Assembly: GCA_040386995.1 (NCBI GenBank)
Contig: JAZKES010000036.1
Location: 18,809-82,808, forward strand
Direction of reading: 5' to 3'
Source of the DNA: Pseudomonadota bacterium
GTDB taxonomy: Bacteria; Pseudomonadota; Gammaproteobacteria; Pseudomonadales; Pseudohongiellaceae
Length of the DNA stretch: 64,000 nt
Each line of letters begins with the position of its first letter. The stretch's first letter is position 1. Below the pieces are notes generated by a model. The model was given only the letters and a program-made list of their open reading frames with translations, ran no database searches and was not told where the DNA came from. Positions 62,092 through 64,000 of the stretch are shown piece by piece. The position numbers were made by a program, and so were the translations under genes.

Positions 62092-62493
62092 ATGCCCCTG
62101 CTGAAAATGGAACATTATCTGGTGCTGACCGATGATATCGAAGCCACCAAAAATTTTTATCAGGATGTGATCGGTCTCAGCGTTGGCTTTCGTGCCGAGC
62201 TGGGCTTTCCGGGCTATTGGCTGTACCTGGATGAAACCCCTGTGATTCACATCGCGGAATGGGAAACCTACACAGTGCATTCGCACCAACAGGGAATACC
62301 CGTAACGAGTCGTGGCGCAGGAACCGGTGCATTCGACCACATCGCTTTTAATGGGGTGAACGCAGCGCAGATGATTGAAAAACTTTCCGCAATGAAAGTA
62401 CCGTTCGAGCAGAATGATGTTTCGGCCATACGGCTCATCCAGCTTTTTCTGTTCGACCCCAATGGCATAAAACTCGAACTTAATTATCGTTAA
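62092..62493 (+). CDS. VOC-family (glyoxalase/bleomycin resistance/dioxygenase) protein
   Basis: 133 aa with the paired beta-alpha-beta-beta-beta module pattern (HYLVLTDDIEATKNFYQDVIGL ... FDHIAF ... FDPNGIKLEL). Confidence 0.7.
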   Translation: MPLLKMEHYLVLTDDIEATKNFYQDVIGLSVGFRAELGFPGYWLYLDETPVIHIAEWETYTVHSHQQGIPVTSRGAGTGAFDHIAFNGVNAAQMIEKLSAMKVPFEQNDVSAIRLIQLFLFDPNGIKLELNYR

Positions 62494-62518
62494 CACATTA
62501 GGACTGACTATCTCATTT

Positions 62519-63664
62519 ATGAAGACAAGCACTGATCGTATTCTCACCACCCATGTTGGCAGCCTTCCCCGCCCCGTAGACGTCGCCGACCTTCTTCTGA
62601 AACGCGAGCAGGGCGAACCTGTCGACGATGCACAGTTCGAGAAAGTACTGGAAGCAGCTGTGCGCTCAGCTGTGCAGCAGCAGATTGCTGCAGGTATCGA
62701 TATCGTGAGTGATGGCGAACTAAGCAAAATCGGTTACGCCACCTACATCAAGGACAGGCTGTCGGGTTTTGCCGGTAACAAACCACGCAAGCCCGCACTC
62801 GATCTGCAGCCCTATCCCGAATACATGGAAAAAATGGCGCTAGCTGCAGGCAAGCAAAGTTTCAAACGACTCTGCTGCACCGGTCCCATCAAAGTGGTGA
62901 CAACCAAACCTCTCGAATTTGATCTGGCCAATTTCAGGTCAGCACTAAAAGGAGTAGCTGTGAGTGATGCGTTTATCAATGCTGCATCACCTGGCGTAGT
63001 GTCAGCATTCCAACCAAACGAGTACTACGCATCACACAGTGAATATCTTGAAGCCATCGCTGGCGCGATGCAGGGCGAGTACGAAGCGATTGTGAATGCA
63101 GGCTTTGTGCTGCAAGTGGATTGTCCGGATCTCGCGATGGCGCGCCATACAGGCTTTCAGGATCTTACTGAAAAAGAATTTCTCGCGCAGGCTACGCGCC
63201 AGGTTGAAGCACTCAATGCTGCACTCGTAAACATACCAGCGGATAAAATTCGCATGCATGTGTGCTGGGGCAATTACGAAGGTCCACATAACCACGACAT
63301 CGATCTCGTCAAAATCATGGACATCATCTTGAAAGCAAAGCCTTCGGCAATATTGTTCGAAGCATCCAATCCTCGTCACGCACACGAGTGGGAAGTGTGG
63401 CAGCAGGCAAACATTCCTGTGGACAAAATCCTGGTACCGGGTGTGGTCGACTCAACATCCAATTACGTGGAGCATCCCGAACTCGTGAGCCAACGTATTT
63501 GTCAGTACGCCAACATCGTCGGCCGCGAACGTGTGTTGGCAGGCACAGATTGTGGTTTCGCGACTTTTGCAGGGGTTGGCAAGGTGGACAGCAAAATAGT
63601 CTGGAAAAAACTCGAGACACTGGCCGCAGGTGCAGCGTTAGCCAGCAAGAAATTGTTCAAGTGA
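62519..63664 (+). CDS. Cobalamin-independent methionine synthase II family (MetE C-terminal-domain-like) protein
   Basis: 381 aa. N-terminal ILTTHVGSLPRP, H.C (HVCWGNYEG) and GTDCGF Zn-ligand motifs. Confidence 0.75.
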   Translation: MKTSTDRILTTHVGSLPRPVDVADLLLKREQGEPVDDAQFEKVLEAAVRSAVQQQIAAGIDIVSDGELSKIGYATYIKDRLSGFAGNKPRKPALDLQPYPEYMEKMALAAGKQSFKRLCCTGPIKVVTTKPLEFDLANFRSALKGVAVSDAFINAASPGVVSAFQPNEYYASHSEYLEAIAGAMQGEYEAIVNAGFVLQVDCPDLAMARHTGFQDLTEKEFLAQATRQVEALNAALVNIPADKIRMHVCWGNYEGPHNHDIDLVKIMDIILKAKPSAILFEASNPRHAHEWEVWQQANIPVDKILVPGVVDSTSNYVEHPELVSQRICQYANIVGRERVLAGTDCGFATFAGVGKVDSKIVWKKLETLAAGAALASKKLFK

Positions 63665-63720
63665 AACAATTAGTGCTGGCAGCTGAGCGCCTCTTTCGAT
63701 AATTCGACAAGAGGCTGGTT

Positions 63721-64000
63721 TCACGTCGTGAAGATCAAACGACCCGCGCGCCGGCTGAAACGCCAGCCCGGGTCTGTCAGCACAAATTCATCGTGGTATT
63801 CACCTACCAACACTGACGGGTTGGCTTTCAGGCCGAGTTTCTCGGCTGGATTATTGGTACTGCCACTGAACAGTGTGACGTAACAAATTCCTGTCGCGGT
63901 GTTTGCAGCAGTGACATCGATAACAATATTCGTGATGAGATGCCGGAACACTTTGTCCTTCGGACGCGCCTTGAATCCCGCAAGTATTCCCGCTTTGCCA
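63721..64000 (-). CDS. NTF2/SnoaL-like family protein, C-terminal part; the N-terminus lies beyond the window end
   Basis: The minus frame is open to position 64000 (...GKAGILAGFKARPKDKVFRHLITNIVIDVTAAN...). The pattern RH..tN..idv..d.A is typical of SnoaL-like/NTF2 folds. The assignment is weak. Confidence 0.4.
   Translation of the reverse strand, partial: GKAGILAGFKARPKDKVFRHLITNIVIDVTAANTATGICYVTLFSGSTNNPAEKLGLKANPSVLVGEYHDEFVLTDPGWRFSRRAGRLIFTT

Noticed and set aside
62029-62727. 232-aa minus-strand ORF
   Set aside because: It is fully antisense to the well-supported VOC and MetE-like genes. The translation is low-complexity and Cys/Ser/Arg-rich with no recognisable motif.
52961-63720. 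Integrated mobile element or genomic island at tRNA-Leu
   Set aside because: I could find no integrase, recombinase, transposase or phage gene, and no repeat of the tRNA 3' end. It is kept only as a low-interest note on a variable region.

Overview
This is a gammaproteobacterial chromosomal segment, and most of it is core housekeeping. The synteny iscRSUA-hscBA-fdx-ndk-rlmN-pilW-rodZ-ispG-hisS-yfgM-bamB-der resembles Pseudomonadales, Cellvibrionales and Oceanospirillales. Other recognisable genes are purL, guaBA, xseA, ppk1, trmJ, suhB, secDF-yajC-tgt, mdh, pyk, queA and one tRNA-Leu(CAA). I saw no rRNA, CRISPR array, transposase, integrase or phage gene. Three loci are not routine. (1) At 1954-9349 there is a tightly coupled cluster. 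It holds a SulP anion transporter, a DabA (DUF2309) protein with an intact beta-carbonic-anhydrase-like Zn site, a NuoL-like DabB, a second degenerate antiporter-like membrane subunit, and a CBS-pair protein. This looks like an expanded variant of the DAB/MpsAB inorganic-carbon pump and is my best candidate for an undescribed system. (2) At 56526-56803 an orphan rho-independent terminator sits 31 nt upstream of an ArgD-like aminotransferase. It is preceded by a promoter-like site and a small ORF with 5 Arg in 9 consecutive codons. An alternative pairing could sequester the terminator 5' arm, so this may be an arginine leader-peptide attenuator or an sRNA. (3) At 58091-60682 there is a secreted 863-aa protein with three PPC-like repeats, a caspase (C14) His/Cys dyad and a canonical EF-hand loop. 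All family assignments come from reading the supplied translations and recognising motifs. No database search or folding calculation was possible.
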